DNA of 64,000 bases from Rhodospirillaceae bacterium (lineage in GTDB: Bacteria; Pseudomonadota; Alphaproteobacteria; Rhodospirillales; Rhodospirillaceae), in contig JADZAK010000103.1 in NCBI GenBank assembly GCA_020852595.1, positions 5,320 to 69,319 on the forward strand, read 5' to 3'. The position numbers and the translations under genes are program-made. Below the pieces are notes generated by a model. That model saw nothing but the letters and a program-made list of their open reading frames with translations, was not told the origin of the DNA and made no database searches. Shown here piece by piece: positions 19,381 through 31,920 of this stretch; the stretch's first letter is position 1; each line of letters opens with the position of its first letter.

Positions 19381-20736
19381 TCAGAGCGCGGCCAAGACGC
19401 GGGTGACCGCGTCGTCCCAAACGCCGTCGCGCTCTTGAACGAAGGTTTTCACCGCCGGATACCAGGGGTTCGCATCGCGCTCGGGGAACCAATACCAATG
19501 GCGTCCGAGAACCTTGGGAAGGATGAGCAGCGCCTCTTTGCCAATGGCGCCGGCCACATGGGCCGTGGCGGTGCTTGCGCTGACAACGATATCGAGCGCG
19601 GCGATCTGCGCGGTGAGCGGATCGAAGTCGCCGGAAGGATCGATCGCGGGATCGGTCCACAAGGGCGGGCCGATTTCGCCGCGCGCGGGGCCGTGCTGAA
19701 GATTGATCCAGAAAATATCCTCGCGCGCGAGCAGCGGCGCGAGAGCGGCGGGCGGAATGCTTTTCTGCGGACCGAAGGGAATGGCGGCGCTGTGCCAGGC
19801 AAGGCCCGCGATCCGCTTGCCGTTCGCCATCGCCGCGGTGTGAGCGCGAATATCGGCGACGCGTGTGGCATCGGGAACAAGATAGCCGTCGTGCGCGGAG
19901 AATTTCTCAAAACTATCGCGCAGCCATAGGCCCGGGTCACCAAGCGCTGCGTGAAAATCGATATCGGCGCCGCGCACCCGCGGATGCCAGTCGGCGCTCC
20001 AGGGCACGACCTCCACGCCGGGGAACGAGCGCTGGAACAAAGCCACAAGGCGTGTTTCGCACTCGACGACGACATGTTTCGCCGCGCGCGCGATCTCGGG
20101 GACCATGGAGGCGAACATGATCTGTTCGCCGAGGCCCTGCTCGAAGGACAGGAGCACGGTCTTGCCCGCGATGTCCTCGCCGCGCCAGGGGCGGCCCGGA
20201 AGCGCGCGGCCCTCGCCCCAGAAAATCGCGTGACGCCGGTGGTAAGAGCTCCACGCGTCTTTCCACCGCCCCAGCATGAACAAGGCATTCGCCCGCGCCA
20301 TGTTGGCGGTGATGTCGCCGGGGGCGAGCGCGACGAGGCGATCGAGCGCCTTCGCGGCGCTTTCGACTTTGCCCGTGCGTTCGTACACGCCCGCGAGATT
20401 GAGAAGCACGTCTTTCCGGTTGGGCTCGAGCTTCAGGACCTGTTGGAAGCAGCCGAGCGCGGCCTCTTCCTCGCGGCGCTGCACATGCACGACGCCGAGA
20501 TTGAGATGCGCAACGGCCAGCTTCGGCGCGACCTTAATGGCCCCGCGATACAGTTTTTCCGCGGCCTCAAGCCGGCCGGAGTTCTGATGCATGAGGCCGA
20601 GATTGACGTAGGCCTCGGGCCGGCCTGGGGCGAGCGCGATCACCTGCTGATAGAGCGCCGCCGCGCGCGCGAAATCATTCGCGTTCTGCGCGGCGATCGC
20701 CTGAGCCAGAAGTGAGTCGGCGTTGAGCAGCGACAC
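19381..20736 (-). CDS. TPR-repeat protein with a C-terminal GT9 (heptosyltransferase-like) domain
   Basis: TPR repeats (EAYVNLGLMHQNSGRLEAAEKLY...). C-terminal region has FEQGLGEQIMFASM and STATAHVAGAIGKEALLIL. I chose GTG 20736; the track start at 20847 would overlap acnA by 85 nt. Confidence 0.7.
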   Translation of the reverse strand: MSLLNADSLLAQAIAAQNANDFARAAALYQQVIALAPGRPEAYVNLGLMHQNSGRLEAAEKLYRGAIKVAPKLAVAHLNLGVVHVQRREEEAALGCFQQVLKLEPNRKDVLLNLAGVYERTGKVESAAKALDRLVALAPGDITANMARANALFMLGRWKDAWSSYHRRHAIFWGEGRALPGRPWRGEDIAGKTVLLSFEQGLGEQIMFASMVPEIARAAKHVVVECETRLVALFQRSFPGVEVVPWSADWHPRVRGADIDFHAALGDPGLWLRDSFEKFSAHDGYLVPDATRVADIRAHTAAMANGKRIAGLAWHSAAIPFGPQKSIPPAALAPLLAREDIFWINLQHGPARGEIGPPLWTDPAIDPSGDFDPLTAQIAALDIVVSASTATAHVAGAIGKEALLILPKVLGRHWYWFPERDANPWYPAVKTFVQERDGVWDDAVTRVLAAL

Positions 20737-20762
20737 GGCGCGGAAGCCCGCGCCGTCCGCGC

Positions 20763-23453
<2,691 letters not shown>

Positions 23454-23935
23454 TTGGGGCTCCTTGACCGCGCATACAAAAGGGACGGTGTGAGCCGAAA
23501 GGAAGGGTCGCGCCTGGCTGTATCGGTTTGGCCGATACCCGCGCTGCGTGCTGTCCCCACCCCGGCTTGACGTCCCGGTTTTCTCCAAGTCGGCATCATC
23601 CACATATCGGCCATAAAGTCCAGGGGTTGCGCAGTGCAAAAATCATTGCCAACACTTTGGGACTATTAGGGTTTTTTGAATCCGTAGCGGACCCCGCGCG
23701 AACTTACCCACACCTTCGGTGGTACCCCAAAAGGGCCATATTCCCAGCGTTAGATAAGGGCCATGGGAAAAGACGCCCTTCGCTCCTTCGGGCGGACTTT
23801 TCACCGGTGAAATGACCCCCCTGTCGTTTCACCAAAAGACCAACTGGCGGCCGGCGCACCCCCTCTCCCCCAACCCACGCCGGCCGCCAATTTTTTCTTC
23901 CCGCATAAGCCCTGGCGCCCCGGAAATCCTCTGCT

Positions 23936-24619
23936 ATGGTCCGGGCCGTGAGCACCAGCGACACCTTTGAAACAGCTACCTTTTCGGGCGAAAACCTCAT
24001 CTGCCGGCGCGGCGGGCGGCTGGTTTTCACCGGGCTCGGCTTTTCCGTCGCGTCCGGCGGGGCCGTCGTCCTGCGCGGCCCCAACGGCAGCGGCAAAACC
24101 ACCCTCCTGCGCCTGATGGCCGGCCTGGCCCGCCCCATCGCCGGCCGGCTCAACTGGTCGGGCGCCGCGCTCGCGGATCCCGAAGCCCATGGCAGGCATC
24201 TGCGCTTCATCGGTCACCTCGACGCGATCAAACCCGCCTTCACCGTGCGCGAGAATCTCGCCTTCTGGGCGGACTTCTGGGGGACGCGCGAGACCGCCCT
24301 CGTGGTCAAAGCCATGGAGGCCTTTGGTCTCGCCGCGCTCGCCGATTTTCCGGCGCGGCTGCTTTCGGCCGGTCAGCGTCATCGCCTCGCGCTCGCGCGC
24401 CTGATCGCAAGCCCCGCCCCGCTGTGGCTTTTGGATGAACCCGCCAACACGCTCGATGACCGCTCGCTGAACGCGCTCACCCAAACCATCGCCGATCACC
24501 GCGCCCGCGGCGGCATGGTCGTGTTGGCCAGCCACGGCGCCGATCTGGTGACCGGCGGCACGACCCTCGCGCTCGATAAATTCACGCCCACAAACGTCAT
24601 GCCGTGGGACGAAACATGA
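23936..24619 (+). CDS. ccmA: Heme exporter ATP-binding protein CcmA
   Basis: Walker A GPNGSGKTTLLR, signature LSAGQRHR, Walker B LWLLDEP. Followed directly by ccmB. Confidence 0.9.
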   Translation: MVRAVSTSDTFETATFSGENLICRRGGRLVFTGLGFSVASGGAVVLRGPNGSGKTTLLRLMAGLARPIAGRLNWSGAALADPEAHGRHLRFIGHLDAIKPAFTVRENLAFWADFWGTRETALVVKAMEAFGLAALADFPARLLSAGQRHRLALARLIASPAPLWLLDEPANTLDDRSLNALTQTIADHRARGGMVVLASHGADLVTGGTTLALDKFTPTNVMPWDET

Positions 24620-25281
24620 GCGTATTCACGGCGCTTTTATCGCGCGATCTCAAGCTGGCCCTGCGCCAAAGCGCGGACAGCCTCACCGTCATCGCGTTTT
24701 TCGCCATCGCCACCGTGCTTTTTCCCTTCGGCGTCGGACCCGAAGCGGAGATCCTGTCGCGCATCGCCGCGGGTGTGGTGTGGGTCGCGGCGTTGCTCGC
24801 GGCCCTGCTCTCACTCGATCGTGTGTTCACGGTCGACTTCGAAGACGGCACCCTCGACCAGCTTCTTCTCAACGGCCAGTCCATGACTTTCGTGGTGCTG
24901 GCGAAAGTCATCGCGCATTGGCTGACCACCGGCGTTCCCTTGATCATCATGTCGCCCATTTTGGCGATCACCTTGCAGCTTCCCGCCGAGGGGTACGGCA
25001 CCCTCGTGCTCGCGCTGCTGCTCGGCACGCCGACCGTCAGCCTCGTCGGCGCCCTGGGCGCGGCCCTGGTGCTGGGCGCGCGGCGCGGCGGCGTATTGCT
25101 CTCGCTGCTCGTGTTGCCGCTCTACATTCCGGTGTTGATCTTCGGCACCGCCGCCGTGGAAGCGGCGCTGACCGGCATGCCAAGCGCGCCGATGCTGTCG
25201 ATTTTGGGCGGTTTTGCCTTGATCGCCATCACGCTCTGTCCCTTCGGCACCGCTGCTGCGCTGCGGCAAGCCGCCGAATAG
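24616..25281 (+). CDS. ccmB: Heme exporter permease CcmB
   Basis: ATGA overlap with ccmA. Six hydrophobic segments; FPFGVGPE and LLVLPLYIPVLIFG motifs. Confidence 0.9.
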   Translation: MSVFTALLSRDLKLALRQSADSLTVIAFFAIATVLFPFGVGPEAEILSRIAAGVVWVAALLAALLSLDRVFTVDFEDGTLDQLLLNGQSMTFVVLAKVIAHWLTTGVPLIIMSPILAITLQLPAEGYGTLVLALLLGTPTVSLVGALGAALVLGARRGGVLLSLLVLPLYIPVLIFGTAAVEAALTGMPSAPMLSILGGFALIAITLCPFGTAAALRQAAE

Positions 25282-25421
25282 GTATCAGAGCGGTAACAAC
25301 GTGTGTCCACCCGGGGATTTCACGCGAGAGATGTCGGATTTCCAGGGCTTTAGCCCTATATTATTAGCGCTGGCGGTGCGCCCTTTCCGCGCGCTAAACC
25401 AGCCCAGCTTGAGGACAGTTC

Positions 25422-26174
25422 GTGCATAAGTACGCCAACCCGACGCAGTTCATGCGCATCGCCAACGCCATCTATCCATGGGTGGCCGGCCTGTGCCTTC
25501 TTCTGTTCGCCGCCGCCATCCCGGTCGCGCTGATGTTCTCGCCGCCGGACTACCAGCAGGGCGAGACCGTGCGCATCATGTACATCCACGTTTCCTCGGC
25601 GTGGCTGATGATGATGATCTACGGGATCATCGCCGCGAACAGCGCCATGTTCCTCATCTGGCGCCATCCCATGGCCAGCATCGCGGCGCGCGCGTCCGCG
25701 CCCATGGGCGCGGTGTTCTGCGCGCTCGCGCTGATCACCGGCATGCTGTGGGGGCAGCCGATGTGGGGCACGTTCTGGGTGTGGGATGCGCGCCTCACGT
25801 CCACGCTCATCCTCTTCTTCCTCTATATCGGCTACATCGCCCTCGCCGACGCCTTCGAGGATTCCGAGCGCGGCGACAAGGCCGCCGCCGTGCTCGCGCT
25901 GGTCGGCTCGGTCAATGTGCCGATCATCCATTTCTCGGTGGAATGGTGGAACACGCTTCACCAGCCCTCGATCCTCAAGGCCGGCAAGGAAGGCGTGGGC
26001 AGTTCCGTGCACGGCTCCATCCTCTTGCCGCTCTTCCTGATGATGGGCGCGTTCACGATGTTCTACTTCGCGCTCCTGGTGCTGCGCCTGCGCAGTGAAT
26101 TGCTCGCGGCGAAAATCCGCAACGCGCGCCTGTCGCAGATCGCCGGCCACTCGGCCGCGCAGCCGGCGGAGTGA
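25422..26174 (+). CDS. ccmC: Heme exporter protein CcmC
   Basis: WWD-type tryptophan-rich motif WGTFWVWDARLTS. GTG start. Confidence 0.9.
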   Translation: MHKYANPTQFMRIANAIYPWVAGLCLLLFAAAIPVALMFSPPDYQQGETVRIMYIHVSSAWLMMMIYGIIAANSAMFLIWRHPMASIAARASAPMGAVFCALALITGMLWGQPMWGTFWVWDARLTSTLILFFLYIGYIALADAFEDSERGDKAAAVLALVGSVNVPIIHFSVEWWNTLHQPSILKAGKEGVGSSVHGSILLPLFLMMGAFTMFYFALLVLRLRSELLAAKIRNARLSQIAGHSAAQPAE

Positions 26175-26178
26175 CGGC

Positions 26179-26350
26179 CATGGCTTTTGAAAATTTCGCG
26201 GCTTTTATCGATATGGGCGGTTATGCCGCGTGGGTATGGACCGCCTATGGCCTCGCGGCGGCCGCGCTTGTCGGGATGCTGGTGATCTCGCGCCGCACCT
26301 TGAAAGCGCGCGAGCGTGAATTTGAAGACCTGAAAGCGAACCGGCGATGA
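26179..26350 (+). pseudogene. ccmD: ccmD (heme exporter protein D) interrupted by an apparent 1-nt insertion
   Basis: ATG 26179 (GGAG 8 nt upstream) reads MAFENFAAFIDMGG. After ggcggtTTatgcc (26215-26227), the CcmD-like continuation YAAWVWTAYGLAAAALVGMLVISRRTLKARER... is in the +1 frame, ending at TGA 26348-26350, which overlaps the ccmE ATG. The initiating frame instead stops at 26317-26319. Confidence 0.7.
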
Positions 26351-26817
26351 CCCGCAAACGGCGTAGACTCTATTTCGTCCTTCTCGGCCTGCTCGGCCTC
26401 GGCGCCGGCGCCGCGCTCGTGCTCACGGCGTTCCAGGACAACGTCGTGTTCTTCTACAGCCCGAAAGATATCGCCGCGAAGCCGGTATGCGAGCAGCGCT
26501 GCCGGATCGGCGGCATCGTCGTGGGCGGAAGCCTGGTGAAAGAAGGGCAAAACATCGCCTTCGATCTCGCCGATGCCGCCGAAAGCGTGAAGGTGAAATA
26601 TGTCGGCATCCTCCCGGATCTGTTCCGGGAAGGCCAGGGCGTGGTGGCCGAGGGACGCATGAACAACGGCGTGTTCGTGGCCAGCAACGTGCTCGCCAAG
26701 CACGACGAGAACTACATGCCGCCTGAAGTGGCCAAAGCCCTCAAGGACAGCGGCCACTGGAAAGAGGGCGAAGCGCCGCCCACTGGAATAAAAGACACCG
26801 GTATGAACAACAACTGA
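26347..26817 (+). CDS. ccmE: Cytochrome c maturation heme chaperone CcmE
   Basis: N-terminal membrane anchor and OB-fold. Heme-binding histidine context VLAKHDENYMPPEV. Confidence 0.95.
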   Translation: MTRKRRRLYFVLLGLLGLGAGAALVLTAFQDNVVFFYSPKDIAAKPVCEQRCRIGGIVVGGSLVKEGQNIAFDLADAAESVKVKYVGILPDLFREGQGVVAEGRMNNGVFVASNVLAKHDENYMPPEVAKALKDSGHWKEGEAPPTGIKDTGMNNN

Positions 26818-26846
26818 CGCGCTGAACTCGTAAACGAGGCGACTAT

Positions 26847-28835
26847 ATGATTATCGAGCTAGGACACTTCGCGCTCGCTCTTGCTCTCGCCGTGGCCCTG
26901 ATCCAGGCGATCGTGCCGCTGATCGGCGCCGCGCGCGGCAACGTCGCTTGGATGAACGTCGCGCGCCAGTCGGCCGTGCTGCAATTCGTCCTCGTCGCTT
27001 TCGCTTTCGCCACGCTGATCCATGCTTACGTCACGTCGGATTTTTCCGTCGTCGGCGTTTACGAGAACTCCCACTCCGCCAAGCCGCTCATCTACAAGAT
27101 CAGCGGCGTGTGGGGGAACCACGAGGGCTCGCTTGTCCTTTGGGTCACGATCCTGTCGGTCTTCGGCGCGCTTGTCGCCGTGCTCGGCCGCAATCTGCCG
27201 CCCGCCTTGCGCGCCCGCGCGCTGGCCGTGCAGGGCATGATCAGCATCGGTTTCATCGCCTTCATCCTGTTCACCTCGAACCCGTTCCTGCGCCTGTTCC
27301 CGGCACCGGCGGAAGGAAACGGCCTCAACCCGATCTTGCAGGATCCCGGCCTCGCCGTGCATCCGCCGATGCTCTACTTCGGTTACGTCGGCTTCTCGAT
27401 GGCCTTCTCCTTTGCGGTGGCCGCCCTGATCGAAGGCCGCGTGGACGCCGCCTGGGCGCGCTGGGTGCGCCCATGGACGTTGGCGGCCTGGACCTCGCTC
27501 ACCCTCGGCATCGGTCTCGGCAGCTGGTGGGCCTATTACACCCTCGGCTGGGGCGGCTGGTGGATGTGGGATCCGGTAGAGAACGCCTCCTTCATTCCCT
27601 GGCTCACGGGCACCGCGCTGCTTCACTCCGCGATCGTGGTCGAGAAACGCGAAGCCCTGAAGAGCTGGACCATCCTCCTGGCCATCATCACCTTCTCCAT
27701 GTCCCTCTTGGGCACGTTCCTGGTGCGCTCGGGCGTCTTGACCTCCGTGCACGCCTTCGCCTCGGACCCGACGCGCGGCGTGTTCATCCTGATCCTGCTC
27801 GCCGTTGCGATTGGTGGCTCGCTGACTCTTTACGCCATTCGTGCGCCGCAGATGGAAGGCGGCGGTGTCTTCGCGCCGATCTCGCGTGAGGGCGGCCTGC
27901 TCATCAACAACCTCCTGCTCACCACGGCCTGCGCAACCGTGCTGCTCGGCACCTTGTATCCGCTCATCACCGAAACCCTCGCGGGCGGACGCATCTCGGT
28001 GGGCTCGCCGTACTTCAACGGCGTGTTCATCCCGCTGATGATCCCGCTGATCCTTCTGATGGGCATCGGGCCACTCCTCGCGTGGAAGCGCGGCGATCTC
28101 GCGGGCGCGCTGTCGCGCCTCAAGGTCGCGGCGGGTCTGTCCGTCGCCGCCATCGCCGTGACCATGGTCGTCGCGGGTTTCAGCATCACGGACATCGGCG
28201 GCGCCTTCGGCATCGGCCTGGCCGTGTGGCTGGCCGCCTCCAGCCTCATCGAATGGACCGAGCGCGTGAAATTCGGCCGCAGCGGCTCCTGGGCGCGCAT
28301 TACGAACCTGCCGCGCGCCGCGCACGGCATGACCATCGCCCACTTCGGCATGGCGGTCCTGATCGCCGGTGTGTCGGGCGCATCGGCCTGGAAGAGCGAA
28401 ACCATTCAGGTTCAGGCGCCGGGCGAAACCGTGCAGCTCGCCGGTTATGCCCTGACGTTCCAGGGCGTAACGGAAGTGCCGGGATCCAACTACACCGCCG
28501 AACGCGCGACCATCGAGGTCAAACGCGGCGACAAGCTGGTGGCGACCTTGCATCCGGAACGCCGCGCCTTCGTGCAACCGCCGGAACAGACCACCTTCTC
28601 CTCGATCCACACCACCTACGCCTCGGATCTTTTGACGACTCTCGGCGAAGCGCAGGGCGACAACGGCGCCTACGTGACGCGTTTCTATCATGAGCCGCTG
28701 GTGCCCTTCCTGTGGTACGGCATCCTGCTCATGGGCTTCGGCGGCCTTGTCTCGTTGACGGATCGCCGTCACCGTGTCGGCGCCCCGCGCCGCGCGGCCG
28801 TCGCCGCGACCGCTGTTCCGGTGGCTGCGGAATGA
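26847..28835 (+). CDS. ccmF: Cytochrome c heme lyase subunit CcmF
   Basis: WGGWWMWDPVENASF tryptophan-rich motif. Polytopic, 662 aa. Confidence 0.95.
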   Translation: MIIELGHFALALALAVALIQAIVPLIGAARGNVAWMNVARQSAVLQFVLVAFAFATLIHAYVTSDFSVVGVYENSHSAKPLIYKISGVWGNHEGSLVLWVTILSVFGALVAVLGRNLPPALRARALAVQGMISIGFIAFILFTSNPFLRLFPAPAEGNGLNPILQDPGLAVHPPMLYFGYVGFSMAFSFAVAALIEGRVDAAWARWVRPWTLAAWTSLTLGIGLGSWWAYYTLGWGGWWMWDPVENASFIPWLTGTALLHSAIVVEKREALKSWTILLAIITFSMSLLGTFLVRSGVLTSVHAFASDPTRGVFILILLAVAIGGSLTLYAIRAPQMEGGGVFAPISREGGLLINNLLLTTACATVLLGTLYPLITETLAGGRISVGSPYFNGVFIPLMIPLILLMGIGPLLAWKRGDLAGALSRLKVAAGLSVAAIAVTMVVAGFSITDIGGAFGIGLAVWLAASSLIEWTERVKFGRSGSWARITNLPRAAHGMTIAHFGMAVLIAGVSGASAWKSETIQVQAPGETVQLAGYALTFQGVTEVPGSNYTAERATIEVKRGDKLVATLHPERRAFVQPPEQTTFSSIHTTYASDLLTTLGEAQGDNGAYVTRFYHEPLVPFLWYGILLMGFGGLVSLTDRRHRVGAPRRAAVAATAVPVAAE

Positions 28836-29413
28836 CCGATACACCCGCTCCCGGCACGAAACCGCGCGCCAAGCGCTGGCCGTACCTCGTTCCGCTCGTG
28901 GCCGTACTGGCCCTCGGCGGCGTGTTCGCCAAGCGCCTGTCGGACATTTCGGGCGGCTATGATCCAAAGGTCATTCCGACCGTGCTGTTGAACACGCCTG
29001 CGCCGGAGTTCAACCTTCCGCCCCTGCCGGGTCTCGGCGAGGGGCTGACCAGCGCCGACATCAAAGGCAAGGTAAGCCTCATCAACGTCTGGGGCTCCTG
29101 GTGCGTGGCCTGTACGGTCGAACATCCGTTCCTGATGGAGATCGCCAAGACCGGTGAAATTCCGATCTATGGGATCGCCTGGCGTGACACGCCGGAACGC
29201 AGCCTCGCGTGGCTGGAGAAATACGGGAACCCGTTCACCAAGATCGGCCAGGACCCGCATAGCCAGACCATCATCAACCTCGGCGTGACCGCCGCGCCGG
29301 AATCCTTCCTCATCGATAAGGAAGGCATCATTCGCTACAAGGTCAGCGGGATCATCACCCGCGAAATGTGGCGCGACACCATCCAGCCCCTCATCGCACA
29401 GCTCAATAAATGA
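28832..29413 (+). CDS. ccmG: Periplasmic thiol:disulfide oxidoreductase CcmG/DsbE
   Basis: ATGA overlap with ccmF. WGSWCVAC thioredoxin motif and GVTAAPESFLIDKEG. Confidence 0.9.
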   Translation: MTDTPAPGTKPRAKRWPYLVPLVAVLALGGVFAKRLSDISGGYDPKVIPTVLLNTPAPEFNLPPLPGLGEGLTSADIKGKVSLINVWGSWCVACTVEHPFLMEIAKTGEIPIYGIAWRDTPERSLAWLEKYGNPFTKIGQDPHSQTIINLGVTAAPESFLIDKEGIIRYKVSGIITREMWRDTIQPLIAQLNK

Positions 29414-29868
29414 GAATCTTCGTCCTTCTGTTCGCCCTTTTCTTCGCCGGCGCGGTTCATGCCGTCGAGCCGAGCGAGATGCTGAAAGATCCGGTCCTTG
29501 AAGCGCGCGCCCGCGAGGTCAGCAAGCACCTGCGCTGCGTGGTCTGCCAGAACGAGACCATCGATGAGTCCAACGCCGACATCGCCAAGGACATGCGCCT
29601 CTTGCTGCGCACGCGCATCCTGGCCGGCGACAGCAACGATCAGGTCATTCAGTTCCTCGTCAGCCGTTACGGCGACTACGTCCTTCTCAAACCCCGTTTC
29701 ATGGCGAGCACCTATCTCCTGTGGTTCGGCCCGTTCATCGTACTTCTCCTCGGCGCGTTCGTGGTGTACCGGCGTCTTAAAGGCACGCCCGTCGCCGGCC
29801 CGGCTCCGCTGAGCCCCGAGGAAAAAGCCGCGCTTGAAGAACTCGCGCCCGGAGAGCGCACGCCATGA
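29410..29868 (+). CDS. ccmH: Cytochrome c biogenesis protein CcmH (CycL)
   Basis: LRCVVCQNETIDESNADIAKDMR. Overlaps the ccmG stop. Confidence 0.9.
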   Translation: MRIFVLLFALFFAGAVHAVEPSEMLKDPVLEARAREVSKHLRCVVCQNETIDESNADIAKDMRLLLRTRILAGDSNDQVIQFLVSRYGDYVLLKPRFMASTYLLWFGPFIVLLLGAFVVYRRLKGTPVAGPAPLSPEEKAALEELAPGERTP

Positions 29869-31292
29869 TTTGGATCGCGCTTGGGATCAGTCTTGCTGTT
29901 GTCGCCGTGCTCGCCTGGCCGGTGCTGCGCCGCGGCCAGTCCACCGCCACGCGTGCGGATTACGACATCACCGTGTTTCAGGATCAGTTGAAGGAAGTCG
30001 ATCGCGACCTCGCGCGCGGCGTTCTGACGGCGCCGGAAGCCGACGCGGCGCGCCTTGAGATTCAGCGCCGCATCCTCGCGGTCGGCCGTGCCCCCGCCGA
30101 AACGGTGACCACCGGCACCCGTCGCTCGCGCATCATCGGCGTCGGCCTCACGGCCGTGGCCGTTCCGCTGATCGCCATCGGCGTCTATCTGAAGGTCGGC
30201 ACACCCGATCCCGAGCAGGCGCAACTCGCGGCGCTGGAAGCGCGCGGCGCCGACGCAGAGATGTCGACGTCCGACATCGATGCGCTGGTGGACCGTCTCG
30301 CGGCCCGCGTCGCCAGCGAGCCCGACAATCCGGAAGGCTATGCCATTCTGGGGCGCACCTACCGAGAGCTCGGCCGCTTCGAAGAGGCCGCGCAGGCCTT
30401 CAAACGTCTCACCGAACTGCAACCGAACGCAGAAGCCTATTCGAGCCTCGGCGAGGCGCTGTCGGCGATGCAGAACGGACGGGTCACCGAGGATGCCCAT
30501 GCCGCGCTGATGAGCGCGCTCACCCTCGACCGCAACGACTCGCGCGCGCGCTTCTATCTGGGCCTCGAGCAGGCCGGCAACGGTAACGCCAAGAACGCCA
30601 TCGCCATTTGGCGCGATCTGACGGGCACCGCGCCCGCCGATGCGCCGTGGCTGGACATGGTGCGCCAGCAGATGGCGGCCGTGGCCCAGGACGCCGGCAT
30701 CGCACCCATGTCGGTCGAACCGAAACATCCGCTGGACCTTCTGCCCCAGGACGCGAAAGCCACCGCGCAAGCCATGGCGGCCGCCAAGCCCGCGGCGCCC
30801 GCCTCCGCCGCGCCGGCCGCGCCGGGCTCCGATCCGGCCGACAATCCCGAACAGACCAAAATGATCGAGGGCATGGTGGCGGGCCTCGCCGCGCGCCTTG
30901 AACAGAACCCCGCCGACTACGACGGCTGGATGATGCTGGGCCGCTCCTACACCGTGCTGCGCCAGCCGGATAAGGCCGGGGAGGCCTATAAGAAGGCCAT
31001 CGCCCTCAAGCCCGCCGACGTCGCGCCGCGTCTCCAGTACGCGGGCCTCCTGATGATGGACGTGGATCCGAACGCGCAAGCGCCGCTGCCGGCGGAACTG
31101 AACACCACCGTCGCCGAGATCCTGAAATTGCAGCCCGAACATCCCGAAGCGCTCTACCTCGCCGGCCTTGGCCGCGCGAAGACGGGCGATACGGCGGGCG
31201 CGCGCGGCTTCTGGCAGAAGGCGCAGAAAGCGACGCAGGAAGGCTCGGCCCTGCGCAACGAAATCGACCGCCGCCTGCAGTTATTGAAGTGA
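29865..31292 (+). CDS. ccmI: Cytochrome c biogenesis protein CcmI (CycH), TPR-containing
   Basis: N-terminal TM hairpin (MIWIALGISLAVVAVLAWPVLRR), a second TM segment and a periplasmic TPR region. Overlaps the ccmH stop. Confidence 0.85.
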   Translation: MIWIALGISLAVVAVLAWPVLRRGQSTATRADYDITVFQDQLKEVDRDLARGVLTAPEADAARLEIQRRILAVGRAPAETVTTGTRRSRIIGVGLTAVAVPLIAIGVYLKVGTPDPEQAQLAALEARGADAEMSTSDIDALVDRLAARVASEPDNPEGYAILGRTYRELGRFEEAAQAFKRLTELQPNAEAYSSLGEALSAMQNGRVTEDAHAALMSALTLDRNDSRARFYLGLEQAGNGNAKNAIAIWRDLTGTAPADAPWLDMVRQQMAAVAQDAGIAPMSVEPKHPLDLLPQDAKATAQAMAAAKPAAPASAAPAAPGSDPADNPEQTKMIEGMVAGLAARLEQNPADYDGWMMLGRSYTVLRQPDKAGEAYKKAIALKPADVAPRLQYAGLLMMDVDPNAQAPLPAELNTTVAEILKLQPEHPEALYLAGLGRAKTGDTAGARGFWQKAQKATQEGSALRNEIDRRLQLLK

Positions 31293-31299
31293 TGCGCCC

Positions 31300-31920
31300 A
31301 TGATCATCCGCCGGCTTCTGATCGCCTCGATCATCCTTCTGGGCACCTTTGCGATGCTCGCGCTCTACTATCCCGGCATGCGCCCGCAGACCACGCCGTC
31401 CGGCGACACCGGCGGCATGGTGGCCATCGGCGGGCCGTTCACGCTGATCGACGGGAAGGGCAACACTTTCACCGAAGCCAACCTTCTGGGCGGCTATCAC
31501 CTGCTCTTTTTCGGCTTCACCCATTGCCCGGACATCTGCCCGCTGACTCTGCAAGTCATGACCGAGGGTATCGAGCAGGCCGGCCCCGCCGGCGAGCGCG
31601 TGACGCCGGTGTTCATCAGCGTCGACCCCGAGCGCGACACGGTCGAGGCGGTGGGCGCTTATGTGGGCGCGTTCCATCCGCGTTTCGTTGGACTGACCGG
31701 GACCCTCGATCAAGTGACGGCCGCCGCCAAGGCGTTCCGCGTGTTTTATCGAAAGGCGCCGATGAAAGACGCCGAAGGCAAGGAGACGGGCGAGTACACC
31801 GTCGAGCACAGCGGGCTCATCTTCCTCATGGATCCCGAAGGCAAATATCTGACCCACTTCTCCACGGGTGCGACGGGCAAGGACATCGCGGACTATATCC
31901 GTCGTGAGGTCGCGAAGTGA
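31300..31920 (+). CDS. SCO family copper chaperone (SenC/PrrC)
   Basis: FGFTHCPDICP CxxxC motif and the conserved H in VEHSGLIFLMDPEG. Confidence 0.9.
   Translation: MIIRRLLIASIILLGTFAMLALYYPGMRPQTTPSGDTGGMVAIGGPFTLIDGKGNTFTEANLLGGYHLLFFGFTHCPDICPLTLQVMTEGIEQAGPAGERVTPVFISVDPERDTVEAVGAYVGAFHPRFVGLTGTLDQVTAAAKAFRVFYRKAPMKDAEGKETGEYTVEHSGLIFLMDPEGKYLTHFSTGATGKDIADYIRREVAK

Noticed and set aside
26179-26350. Programmed +1 ribosomal frameshift as the explanation for the split ccmD.
   Set aside because: I recognise no +1 slippery or hungry-codon context at GGU-UUA. A 1-nt indel in a T run (sequencing or mutational) is the simpler explanation.
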